From the NCBI GenBank assembly GCA_964623335.1, contig CAZUST010000002.1, positions 12,867 to 68,047 on the forward strand: a DNA stretch of 55,181 bases, given 5' to 3'. Below the pieces are notes generated by a model. It had not been told where the DNA came from, did no database searches, and saw only the letters and a program-made list of their open reading frames with translations. Below are positions 23,871 through 32,478 of this stretch, one piece after another (the first letter of the stretch is position 1; each line of letters begins with the position of its first letter). This stretch comes from an uncultured Candidatus Saccharibacteria bacterium (GTDB taxonomy: Bacteria; Patescibacteriota; Minisyncoccia; Minisyncoccales; UBA5738). Position numbers and translations under genes: made by a program.

Positions 23871-25359
23871 ATCAAACCAAAATCTGGTTACCCGGCCGCC
23901 GGTGGTGGTGGTAATGGGGCATGTCGACCATGGCAAGACCTCGATTTTGGATTATATCCGCAAAACCCATGTGGCTAACCGCGAATCCGGCAGTATTACC
24001 CAGCATATTGGCGCTTCCGTTGCCGAATTCAATGGCAAAAAAATAACTTTTATTGATACTCCTGGACACGAAGCTTTTTCCCAAATGAGAATCCGCGGAT
24101 CGCGGATCGCGGATATCGCGATTTTGGTGATTGCCGCTGAAGAAGGGTTAAAACCTCAAACCAAAGAAGCGATCAACGCGATCCGTAAAGCCGGCATCCC
24201 GATGATCGTTGCCATGAATAAAATGGATCTGCCCCAGGTCAATGTGGAAAAAGTTAAACGCGAGCTCCAGAAAGAGGAAATTCTCGTGGAAGATTGGGGC
24301 GGCGAAATTCCGTCTATCGCCGTTTCGGCCAAAACCGGCAAAGGCATTGATGAACTTCTGGAAATGATCAACCTCGTCGCCGAAATGCAAAATCTGAAGG
24401 CCGACACCAAGGCTTCCGCCTCGGGTATTGTTATTGAATCATCCTTGGATAAACAGCGCGGCCCCAGCGCGACCATTCTTTTGCAAAACGGTTCGCTTGC
24501 CGGCGGTAAGATCATCGCGACCCCATCGACCTTTGGTAAAATCAAGTCTTTGGAAAACTCCCGCGGTGAAAGGATTGAAAATTTATCCCCTTCTCAACCC
24601 GCCGTTTTGATCGGTTTTGAAAACGTGCCTGTGATTGGCGAAGAATTCAAAGAAATGGAAAATCTGGAAACGGCCCAGGAATATGTCAAAACCCAGCAAA
24701 CCCGGGTTGCCCAAGCCAACGCCGATAAAACCTACCGCGCCGCCAAAGAAGGCCAAAAAGTCGTCAACCTCGTGTTAAAAGCCGACTTCCTCGGATCCCT
24801 TGAAGTATTGCAAGAAACCATTCGCCAAATTCCCCAAAACGACGTACTGTTGGAAGTTATTCATACGGGTGTCGGCGAAATCAATTTGAACGATGTCAAA
24901 ATGGCCCGCTCCAGCCAATCGATTATCATCGGTTTTAAAGTCAAAACCAGCCCCGACGCTAAAGTCATGGCCGAACGCGAAAAAATCCGGGTCATGAACT
25001 TCGAAATCATTTACGAAATGATCGAATGGCTGCGCAATTACGCCGAAAAGATCAAGATTCCGCAAGTTGTCCGCAAAGACCTGGGGAAAATGAAAGTTTT
25101 GCTAAGTTTCTGGGGCGAAAAGAACCGTCAGATTGTTGGCGGCAAGATTATCGAGGGCGAAGTTAAAAAAGGAGTCAAGATCGAAGTTTTCCGCAACGAA
25201 CACCTTGTTACCCAGGGACGCCTGATCAACCTTCAAAAGAATAAACACGATATTGTCGAAGCTGGCAAGGGAGAAGAAGTCGGTATTCTTTATGAAGGTT
25301 CGGAAAAGATTCAGGAAGGCGATTATTTGGTATTTTACGTTCAAGAAAGAAATTCTTAG
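23860..25359 (+). CDS. infB: Translation initiation factor IF-2 (short form)
   Basis: GTPase motifs GHVDHGKTS, DTPGHEAF, NKMD. ATG at 23860 (MADKSNQ) overlaps the upstream stop; the ORF track extends to 23761. Confidence 0.9.
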   Translation: MADKSNQNLVTRPPVVVVMGHVDHGKTSILDYIRKTHVANRESGSITQHIGASVAEFNGKKITFIDTPGHEAFSQMRIRGSRIADIAILVIAAEEGLKPQTKEAINAIRKAGIPMIVAMNKMDLPQVNVEKVKRELQKEEILVEDWGGEIPSIAVSAKTGKGIDELLEMINLVAEMQNLKADTKASASGIVIESSLDKQRGPSATILLQNGSLAGGKIIATPSTFGKIKSLENSRGERIENLSPSQPAVLIGFENVPVIGEEFKEMENLETAQEYVKTQQTRVAQANADKTYRAAKEGQKVVNLVLKADFLGSLEVLQETIRQIPQNDVLLEVIHTGVGEINLNDVKMARSSQSIIIGFKVKTSPDAKVMAEREKIRVMNFEIIYEMIEWLRNYAEKIKIPQVVRKDLGKMKVLLSFWGEKNRQIVGGKIIEGEVKKGVKIEVFRNEHLVTQGRLINLQKNKHDIVEAGKGEEVGILYEGSEKIQEGDYLVFYVQERNS

Positions 25360-25371
25360 CAATACGCCGAT

Positions 25372-25722
25372 ATGGGAGATTACCGCATCGAACAGACAAA
25401 CAATCTTATTAAAAAAACCCTTGCCGGATTGATCGAAAAGGATTTTTGCGTTACCCGCGACGTTTTGATCTCTCTGACTCGCGTTGAATGCAGCGGCAAC
25501 CTCCAGGAAGCCAAAGTTTTCATCAGTGTTCTTCCCGATTGGGAACAAAAAAATATCGTTTCCATTCTGGAAAAAAATGCCTGGCAATTCCAAGAGAAAC
25601 TGAACAAAAAACTTAGGATGCGCCCCGTGCCCAAGATCATTTTTATCGGTGATATCCTGCCCGGACAAGCCCAGGAAGTAGAAATCATCTTGGAGCGCCT
25701 GAAAAACGGGAATAAACGTTGA
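25372..25722 (+). CDS. rbfA: Ribosome-binding factor A
   Basis: 116 aa, RIEQTNNLIKKTLAGLI...AKVFISVLP pattern, and the conserved infB-rbfA gene order. Confidence 0.8.
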   Translation: MGDYRIEQTNNLIKKTLAGLIEKDFCVTRDVLISLTRVECSGNLQEAKVFISVLPDWEQKNIVSILEKNAWQFQEKLNKKLRMRPVPKIIFIGDILPGQAQEVEIILERLKNGNKR

Positions 25723-25775
25723 AAAAAACCTTATTTTGTATTAAATTTTACTATTGATCGGTTTGTTTCTGCCAC

Positions 25776-25847
25776 GGCCGTGTAGCCAAGTAGTAAGGCG
25801 ACAGTCTGCAAAACTGTTATACGCGGGTGCGATTCCCGCCGCGGCCT
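25776..25847 (+). tRNA. tRNA-Cys (anticodon GCA), atypical T-loop
   Basis: Acceptor GGCCGTG/CGCGGCC, anticodon stem ACAGT/ACTGT with loop CTGCAAA, T-arm GCGGG-TGCGATT-CCCGC (G instead of U at position 55), discriminator U as expected for tRNA-Cys. Confidence 0.7.
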
Positions 25848-25978
25848 CAAGTAACTTTCGCTTCTCCCGGTCTGCGGTAATCAATAATTGGGAAATGACA
25901 GAAATCGCGCATTATCAAAAGCGAAAGATGCTTTTTTGAATACCAAATACTCATTATAAATGCTGGATTTTATATTGG

Positions 25979-26062
25979 GCCCGAGTGCTGAAATTGGCAT
26001 ACAGACAGCACTTAAAATGCTGCGAGGGTAACCTCATGTGGGTTCGACCCCCACCTCGGGCA
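25979..26062 (+). tRNA. tRNA-Leu (anticodon UAA), long variable arm
   Basis: Acceptor GCCCGAG/CTCGGGC, anticodon stem CAGCA/TGCTG with loop CTTAAAA, T-arm GTGGG-TTCGACC-CCCAC. Confidence 0.85.
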
Positions 26063-26111
26063 CTTAGCCAATCAATAACCAAAAAAATTAACAATAGAGT
26101 ATTTTACCAAA

Positions 26112-26145
26112 AAACCGTCCTGTTTGCCGCAGGGCGGTTTTTTGA
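26112..26145. terminator. Bidirectional rho-independent terminator between tRNA-Leu and the 3D-domain gene
   Basis: aaaccgtcct / agggcggttt 10-bp stem (one G-U), flanked by an A-run and a T-run. Confidence 0.6.
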
Positions 26146-26157
26146 TCTTATATAAAT

Positions 26158-26724
26158 TTAATTGTTTTCAAGCACTTCCACGTAAGCGTATTTAACGCCG
26201 AAGTTCTTGGCCTGCTCATAAGTCGGGAACCAAATATCAAAATGATAGCTGCTTTTGCTCCAATGCATCCGATCCTCCACTTCGAATACTTTTTCGCCGT
26301 AGATATCGGGGATCCTTATTTCAGTGCCAAACGATAAACCATTATTGGCAACAATTCCGTCATGAACGTAAGTTCCGTTAGCCGTAATGAACGGCGTGCT
26401 GTCGGTTTGCGCCGCGGTGCTCGAATAACCCGTTAGCACCACTTTTATCCGGTTTATCGCCTGTTTAGGTTTTTCCTCGCCCTCATCCTCCGAAATGCAA
26501 TTGTCCACTCCCAAAAAATCAGCCCGGGAAAACTCGGTACTGCAAAGCAGAATTTCCGATATGTTGCCCGCCGAGCCGGATACTGCCGCCGGAGTACCGG
26601 TGGCAAAACTGCCGCTTTCCGCTTCCGCGTTGCTAAAACCGAACATTAAGCCCATTGTACCCAAGCCCATCATAAAAATTAACAAGCTCTTGGTACAGCT
26701 GGGATATTCGAAGTTTATACGCAT
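26158..26724 (-). CDS. Secreted 3D-domain (MltA-like double-psi beta-barrel) protein
   Basis: N-terminal signal-like hydrophobic segment. C-terminus TGYSSTAAQTDSTPFITANGTYVHDGIVANN...FEVEDRMHWS..HFDIWF fits the 3D-domain pattern. Confidence 0.6.
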   Translation of the reverse strand: MRINFEYPSCTKSLLIFMMGLGTMGLMFGFSNAEAESGSFATGTPAAVSGSAGNISEILLCSTEFSRADFLGVDNCISEDEGEEKPKQAINRIKVVLTGYSSTAAQTDSTPFITANGTYVHDGIVANNGLSFGTEIRIPDIYGEKVFEVEDRMHWSKSSYHFDIWFPTYEQAKNFGVKYAYVEVLENN

Positions 26725-26858
26725 AATAATTAGTCTGTTCGGGCCGCAGATACCCCGTTATACTCATTTCCACCTGTTGTTTTAACGCATTCATCAACAC
26801 ATTTATTGATATTTGTCAACGATAGGCTAAAATGCATTTTTTGTCTGCAACGCCCTCT

Positions 26859-26887
26859 ATTGTATTTCAATATTGTTTTTTTGTCAA
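26859..26887 (-). promoter_or_regulatory. Candidate sigma-70-type promoter upstream of the 3D-domain gene
   Basis: On the minus strand: TTGACA (26887-26882), 17-nt spacer, TACAAT (26864-26859). Implies a leader of about 130 nt. Confidence 0.4.
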
Positions 26888-26972
26888 TAATGACACAAGA
26901 TTAAAATCTTAGTTTTTTCGATTTAAGTTTTAGTAAATTCATATTTTCAAAAAATTTTTTTGTAAAACGAAA

Positions 26973-27006
26973 AACCGGAAAATGTTTTTGCCCGCATTTT
27001 CCGGTT
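26973..27006 (-). terminator. Rho-independent terminator downstream of the Mur ligase gene
   Basis: 12-bp stem aaccggaaaatg/cattttccggtt, followed on the minus strand by TTTTTCG. Confidence 0.6.
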
Positions 27007-27210
27007 CTCTTTTGGACCTTAAGAAATTTTTACAAATAATATCCGCGTCACACCCGCGTTTTTGCCTCGTATTTCAAATTTCCCTGATCGCGATATTCTT
27101 ACCGCGGCGGCCGCCGCGCCTCAGACATCGCTCGGTCGAAAATTAAAAATCCAAAAATAAATCTATGGGCAATATTCGGATATTGTTTATAAAAATCTTC
27201 TTTAAAAAAA

Positions 27211-28527
27211 CTAACTTTTGCTTAAACGATCCAATTCTTCTCTTACCACCGATTTCTCATCCCACGCGACCTTCCTTCCCTTCTCATATCTGATCGCCGC
27301 TTCACTTCCCTTACCGGTCAAAATAACCTTATCGGCCGATCCCGCTTCGGACAGCGCTTGGGCAATTGCCTGCCGCCGATCGCGGATTTCGCTTAAATTC
27401 TGAACCGGAAACCCCTCTTTTATCACGCCCGTCTTAATCATATCAATGATTTTTTGCGGATCTTCATCATAAGGGTCCTCGTCGGCGAGAATAATTCGGT
27501 CGCAATATTTAGCCGCGATCTGTCCCAAAACCGGACGTTTCCACTTATCTCGTCCGCCCCCGCACGCTCCCAAAAGGCAAATCAATTTACTGCCGCTTCT
27601 CATATCGCGCCGCAGGGTTTTATAAACCTGTTCTAACGCATTGGGAGTAAATGCATAATCCACAAAAACCTCCGGACATGACCCAACCCGCTCCATCCGG
27701 CCGGGGATCGACTTAACTTTTGCCAGCGCCCGCCGGCAAACTTCCAACCCTATCCCTTGGGAAATCGCCGCCCCGATCGCCGCAAGTGCGTTATAAACGT
27801 TGAATTCTCCCGCCAAATTTAACACTATTTCCGTCCCGTTTACCGTAAAACGCGACCCGTTTTTTGCCAAAACGATGCCGCTGGCGCAGATATTGACGCA
27901 CTCGGCTCTCTGGCCGCCGGTTCTATCGCATTTGCCGTAACAATACTTCTTTTCCGCTTCAAACTCTAAAAAAAATTTGGCGTTTTCGTCGTCACGATTA
28001 ATGACGTGAAACCCTTTGGTTGCCTTGAACAGCTCCAATTTGGCATTGCGATAATTTTCAAAATTACCGTGCGACTCGATATGTTCCAGTGTCAAATTGG
28101 TAAAAACCGCTCCCTTAAAATCGATAAATTTATGCCGGAACTGCTTTATCCCTTCCGACGTTACTTCAATAATCGCGTAGTCGCATTTAGCCGCCGCCGC
28201 TTGCGCCAATAACCGCTGCAGTGCGAATCTTCCCGGCATTGAATTGCCGGCACCGTTTTTCCGCGCGTCCCCCGCCACCTCAAATTTTATCGAAGACGAT
28301 ATCGCGACCTTAAACCCGGCTTCTTTTAAGATTGCCGCCAACAATTCGATCGTGGACGATTTTCCATTGGTCCCGGTTACGCCGATAACCCTGACTTTCT
28401 TTGATGGAAAACCGTGCCTGACCGCCCCCCCCATCGCCAATAAATAATGATATCCTCCCAGTAAAGGCGCCGGCACCAGTTTTCTGGCCGCTCCCTTGAT
28501 TTGATTGATGATTGCCATATCCTCCAT
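27211..28527 (-). CDS. murE: Mur ligase family protein, MurE-like (UDP-MurNAc-tripeptide synthetase)
   Basis: ATP-binding loop GVTGTNGKSST and Mur-ligase middle and C-terminal domains. Start at 28527 or 28518 preferred; the ORF track extends to 28638. Confidence 0.75.
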   Translation of the reverse strand: MEDMAIINQIKGAARKLVPAPLLGGYHYLLAMGGAVRHGFPSKKVRVIGVTGTNGKSSTIELLAAILKEAGFKVAISSSIKFEVAGDARKNGAGNSMPGRFALQRLLAQAAAAKCDYAIIEVTSEGIKQFRHKFIDFKGAVFTNLTLEHIESHGNFENYRNAKLELFKATKGFHVINRDDENAKFFLEFEAEKKYCYGKCDRTGGQRAECVNICASGIVLAKNGSRFTVNGTEIVLNLAGEFNVYNALAAIGAAISQGIGLEVCRRALAKVKSIPGRMERVGSCPEVFVDYAFTPNALEQVYKTLRRDMRSGSKLICLLGACGGGRDKWKRPVLGQIAAKYCDRIILADEDPYDEDPQKIIDMIKTGVIKEGFPVQNLSEIRDRRQAIAQALSEAGSADKVILTGKGSEAAIRYEKGRKVAWDEKSVVREELDRLSKS

Positions 28528-28670
28528 TCTACACAACGGACAAACCCTTCGCAACCGTCCCCCTTTGCCGCAAATTAAAACCCGTGTCCTTGCAAAAAAC
28601 AAAAAAGATAGTATAGTGTAGATTATTGCGACTCGCAATAATTATTTTTAATTACTAATACCAGAACAAA

Positions 28671-28937
28671 ATGCCAATCACCAAATCCGCTAAAAAAGCC
28701 TTGCGCCAGAATCTTCGGCGCCAAACCAAGAACAAAATCATGAAAAACAAGCTCAAGGCGATTTTGAAAGAAACCCGGAAGCTTGTTTCCCAAAAAAAGA
28801 CCGTCGAGGCTCAAAAAAACCTCCCCGCGATCTTCAAAGCAATCGATAAAACCGCTAAAAAAGGTATCATTAAAAAGAATACGGCCGCCCGTCGTAAATC
28901 GAGAATTGCCCGCCTTTTGGCCAAAACCGACGCCTAA
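28671..28937 (+). CDS. rpsT: 30S ribosomal protein S20
   Basis: MPITKSAKKALRQNLRRQTKNK...: basic 88-aa protein typical of S20. Confidence 0.9.
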   Translation: MPITKSAKKALRQNLRRQTKNKIMKNKLKAILKETRKLVSQKKTVEAQKNLPAIFKAIDKTAKKGIIKKNTAARRKSRIARLLAKTDA

Positions 28938-28943
28938 TCCTTT

Positions 28944-29114
28944 AAAATAACTGCCGCGCGCTCAAGGCGGCATAGTAGTTTTATTCTCCACCATTCATCC
29001 CCGAGGCGAAGCCCCGCGGTATTCCGACGGAAAAGTTTGTTAATCCTCCGCTTCGCGATCGCCGCGCTGCGGGCGGGCATTCATCCCCGATGCTAAGCCT
29101 CAGGGTATTCCGCC
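28944..29114. repeat. Family-A mosaic repeat locus including a 98-nt composite module
   Basis: Degenerate core aaaataactgccgcgcgctcaaggcggcatagtagtttt, then the cattcatccccgaggcgaagccccgcggtattccg module. The 98-nt segment 29017-29114 is about 89 percent identical by eye to 40034-40131. Confidence 0.85.
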
Positions 29115-29126
29115 AGATTAATAAAA

Positions 29127-29155
29127 AACGCCTTCAGAAAAAAGGTGTTTTTTTG
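29127..29155. terminator. Bidirectional terminator between rpsT and holA
   Basis: aacgcctt/aaggtgtt stem (one G-U) followed by TTTTTTT. Confidence 0.55.
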
Positions 29156-29165
29156 TATTCGTCAA

Positions 29166-30083
29166 TTAAATTTGAGATACCAATAAGTCTAAACCCGCTT
29201 CCGGATCAATTTTGCCGGTTTTAATATCCAGATCGGTTCGGCAAATAAGTCTATATATCTTTTTAAGCTCCTCGATCGTAAACTGCCGGGCCTGGCCCGT
29301 CGTCTTTGACAAAACATAAGGATGGATACCCAAGCGCGCCGCGGAACCGCCTTCTTCTGCGCAAATTTTTACCAAAAACAGATTTTTGAACTGGCTGGCC
29401 ATCATCGCCAACAAATATAACGGGTGATCCCCTTTGGCGATGTGTTCTTTTATCAAGCCCAGCGCCCGCTTTTTATCTCGCTGAGCAACCGCGTCGATTG
29501 TTGCAAAGATATTCAATTCGCTTGTCGCCACCGCGTTATTCTCGATGTCGGCCGCGGTAATGATCTTTGGTCCCAAAAAATGCCCGATTTTTTGGATCTC
29601 GTTGGCCAGATTCCATAGGTCGCCGCCCGCCCGTTGCGCCAACAGTGTCGCTGCCCCCCGGTCGATTTTGCATCCAATTGCCGCGAATTCCGCCTCAATC
29701 CAAGCCGCCTGCTTTTCCCCGGTTAACGGACCGAATTCCGCCACCTGCGCGTTTTTTTTGAAAACAGCAAGCAGCCGGTCGGTTTTCAAAATCTTGCCTT
29801 CTTGGCAAAACAAGATATTATGGCCGGAATTGGCCACAAGCTTCATTCTCTTCAGTAGCTCTTCCTTAAAATCTTTATTGGCGATCGGGTTTTTAAGTAT
29901 GATAAATTTTTTTTCTTGGAATAGGGAATTTTGCCCTAAAGCGGCAAAAAAATCCTCTCTGTTGTCGGCCAGCGCGTCTACCACCAAAAAATCCCCGCCT
30001 TTGCGTTTTTTGTATTCCTCCACAATTTCAACAATTTTTTTCGACAGGCGGTAAGTATCCGACCCGTAAAGGAATATCAACAT
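29166..30083 (-). CDS. holA: DNA polymerase III delta subunit
   Basis: 305 aa; N-terminus MLIFLYGSDTYRL and overall clamp-loader delta-like organisation (judged by eye). Confidence 0.65.
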   Translation of the reverse strand: MLIFLYGSDTYRLSKKIVEIVEEYKKRKGGDFLVVDALADNREDFFAALGQNSLFQEKKFIILKNPIANKDFKEELLKRMKLVANSGHNILFCQEGKILKTDRLLAVFKKNAQVAEFGPLTGEKQAAWIEAEFAAIGCKIDRGAATLLAQRAGGDLWNLANEIQKIGHFLGPKIITAADIENNAVATSELNIFATIDAVAQRDKKRALGLIKEHIAKGDHPLYLLAMMASQFKNLFLVKICAEEGGSAARLGIHPYVLSKTTGQARQFTIEELKKIYRLICRTDLDIKTGKIDPEAGLDLLVSQI

Positions 30084-30172
30084 ATTGATTTGCCTGGCCC
30101 ATTATAACGGAAAATCCCGCCCGGAAGCGAGATCTTTAATGCTCGATTGGACACTTCGCTCCCGCAAACCGG

Positions 30173-30541
30173 TTATTTGATAATATTGCGCACTTTTTCA
30201 ATGATCTCTCCGGGCGTAAAATGCGCCTTGATCAAATAATCAACCGCCCCCAAACCTAAACCGCGGTCAACATCCTCTTTTTGTCCCAAGTTAGACAAAA
30301 TAATCACCGGAATTGTTGCCACGAAAGGATCTTCCTTTTTTTGCGCCAACACCTCAAAACCGTCGATTCCCGGCAATATAAGATCAAGCAATACCAAGTC
30401 GGGCTTGGTTTCTTTTATTTTTTGGATACCCTGCTCCCCGTCAACCGCCTCGACCACCTCATAACCCTCATTGCTTAATTTTCTGACAATAAGCTCCCGC
30501 AGGAATTTGTCATCTTCAACAATTAAAATTTTTTTTGCCAT
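30173..30541 (-). CDS. Single-domain response regulator (receiver only)
   Basis: KKILIVEDD, phospho-acceptor region DLVLLDLILPGIDG, conserved K in DYLIKAHF. ATG at 30541 preferred. Confidence 0.85.
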   Translation of the reverse strand: MAKKILIVEDDKFLRELIVRKLSNEGYEVVEAVDGEQGIQKIKETKPDLVLLDLILPGIDGFEVLAQKKEDPFVATIPVIILSNLGQKEDVDRGLGLGAVDYLIKAHFTPGEIIEKVRNIIK

Positions 30542-30557
30542 ATGGTTATTTTTACCT

Positions 30558-30929
30558 TCATCCGATATATTTTTGCACCTTTTCCACAACCTCCTTTGGA
30601 TCGAATTCCGTTTTTACCAGCCAATCCACCGCCCCAAGCCTTTTGGCTCTGTCCAATTCCAGCGGCTGGCCGGAATTTGAAATAATGATTACCGGAATCG
30701 CCGCCAACTCCGGGTCGCGCCTCATTTCCTCCATCACATCAAATCCCCCTTTTCGGGGCATGATGATATCTAGCAATATCAGATTAGGTTTATCCTTCCT
30801 CATTTTATCCAAACCATCTTGGCCGTCCATCGCCAAGGTTACTTCATAACCGATATCGGTCAACTTCCTCCCCAAAAGCCGGATGATCAGTTCCTCGTCT
30901 TCAATTAAAAGTATTTTTTTGCCTGCCAT
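30558..30929 (-). CDS. Single-domain response regulator (receiver only)
   Basis: KKILLIEDE, NLILLDIIMPRKGG, DWLVKTEF. ATG at 30929 preferred. Confidence 0.85.
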   Translation of the reverse strand: MAGKKILLIEDEELIIRLLGRKLTDIGYEVTLAMDGQDGLDKMRKDKPNLILLDIIMPRKGGFDVMEEMRRDPELAAIPVIIISNSGQPLELDRAKRLGAVDWLVKTEFDPKEVVEKVQKYIG

Positions 30930-31063
30930 ATTTTTTTCCTCCAAAACCGTTCCAAAGACTGCTTAATTTAATATTCAATCTTTGATTTAATTATTTTAGC
31001 TCATTTGAAAAAACCTGCAAGGCAACCGCTCTACAATGCAAAAGCAAAAAATCATGTCTTTCG

Positions 31064-32473
31064 TTAAAATTGGGCCGGCGGCGCCAAAACCGCTATCGGA
31101 ACCGTAAAGAAGAATGATGTTCCTTTCCCCTCTTCCGAAGTGAACCATATTTTCCCGCCATGGACTTCCACAATGTTTTTAGCGATAAACAAACCTAGCC
31201 CCGTGCCTTCGGTTTCTGTTTTTAAAGCGTTGGTGCCTCGGAAATATTTAGTGAATATCCGGCTTTGCTGGTCCTTCAATATTCCGATTCCATTATCCTT
31301 CACCATTACTTTCAGACTTTCGCTGTCACTGCTGATCTCAACAACTATTTTGCCTCCCGCGGGAGTATATTTTATCGCGTTTTCGATCAGATTGGCAATC
31401 ACTAGTTTCATCTTTTCCGCATCAATCTTTACCTGGGGAAGTTTGATCGACGGTTTGACGAAATCGATTTTCAATTTTTTCTGTTCCAATATCTGTCCAT
31501 AATTATTCACCAGTGTCTCGAGAATATCTTCCAGGTTTACCAAAACCAGATTATACAAATGCCGCCCTTCCTCGATCCGGGTTACGTTAAGCAAGTCATT
31601 GATCAAATTGATCATCCGCTCGTTGGACTGGTAGGTTTTGTTCAAAAAATCCCGCTGATCCTCGGTAATCGGCCCCAAATCGCCGTCTAAGATCATTCTC
31701 AAAGTCCATTTGATCGCCGATATCGGTGTCCGTAATTGATGGGCCGCAATCGAAACAAATTCGGTCTTCATCCGCTCCACTGATTTTTCGCGGCTGACAT
31801 CATGGGCGATGATCACCGTCCCGGTTTTGCCCCGTTCGCTCTGGATATCCAGCGAACTGACTTCGTAAACTTCATTTTCGCTGATGTAAAGCTCCTTGCG
31901 GGTTACCTCCGTCAACACTGGCCCGATCAAGTCGGCTAACGGCCGGAATCCATTCACCATCTGGAAATCACTGATCTTCTTTCCAATCAAATTCCTTGCT
32001 TCTTCCCGGGTTACCCCGAAAGACGCTTCTATCTGCGGATTGATTAGCGTGCATCGGTCATTAACGTCAAAAAGTATCAGTCCGTCGGCAAAATTATTGA
32101 TTATCGCCAGAGTTTTCTCTTTCTCTTCTTCTTCCCGCCGGCGCAAGTCTTCCATATCTTCAAGCATATTCATCAGCGCGAGGCGGGAAGACTCCAATAT
32201 TTTCATCTGTTCCCGCAACTCGCGCGTTCTCTCGTCGGCCTGCCACTCGCCCCCCTCGGCATTTGAAATGGAAATACTTCCCTTCTCTTTGGTAACGACC
32301 GCCGGAATAACCGGCGGCTTCGCCGTGTCCCATTTATTTTTTTTGTTCGCATCCGTTATTTTTGCTTTCTCGGCCGTATCGCCGCCTTCCTTCTGGTTTT
32401 GCGCCGAAACCGGCCTCGGTATGCTTGCGGCAAAAGTCGGGATGGTGGAATTTGTTTTTTTATCCGGTTCCAT
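31064..32473 (-). CDS. Cytoplasmic sensor histidine kinase (coiled coil + PAS + HisKA + HATPase_c)
   Basis: H-box SIAAHQLRTPISAIKW, N-box LIENAIKYT, G-boxes DNGIGI and GTGLGL. No TM segment. Confidence 0.9.
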   Translation of the reverse strand: MEPDKKTNSTIPTFAASIPRPVSAQNQKEGGDTAEKAKITDANKKNKWDTAKPPVIPAVVTKEKGSISISNAEGGEWQADERTRELREQMKILESSRLALMNMLEDMEDLRRREEEEKEKTLAIINNFADGLILFDVNDRCTLINPQIEASFGVTREEARNLIGKKISDFQMVNGFRPLADLIGPVLTEVTRKELYISENEVYEVSSLDIQSERGKTGTVIIAHDVSREKSVERMKTEFVSIAAHQLRTPISAIKWTLRMILDGDLGPITEDQRDFLNKTYQSNERMINLINDLLNVTRIEEGRHLYNLVLVNLEDILETLVNNYGQILEQKKLKIDFVKPSIKLPQVKIDAEKMKLVIANLIENAIKYTPAGGKIVVEISSDSESLKVMVKDNGIGILKDQQSRIFTKYFRGTNALKTETEGTGLGLFIAKNIVEVHGGKIWFTSEEGKGTSFFFTVPIAVLAPPAQF

Positions 32474-32478
32474 GATTG

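Noticed and set aside
26070-26087. 18-nt string aatcaataaccaaaaaaa shared with 40133-40150, in both cases just upstream of a bidirectional terminator.
   Set aside because: It is short and A-rich, with only two copies. It could be part of a terminator-proximal repeat, but the evidence is too thin to call a family.
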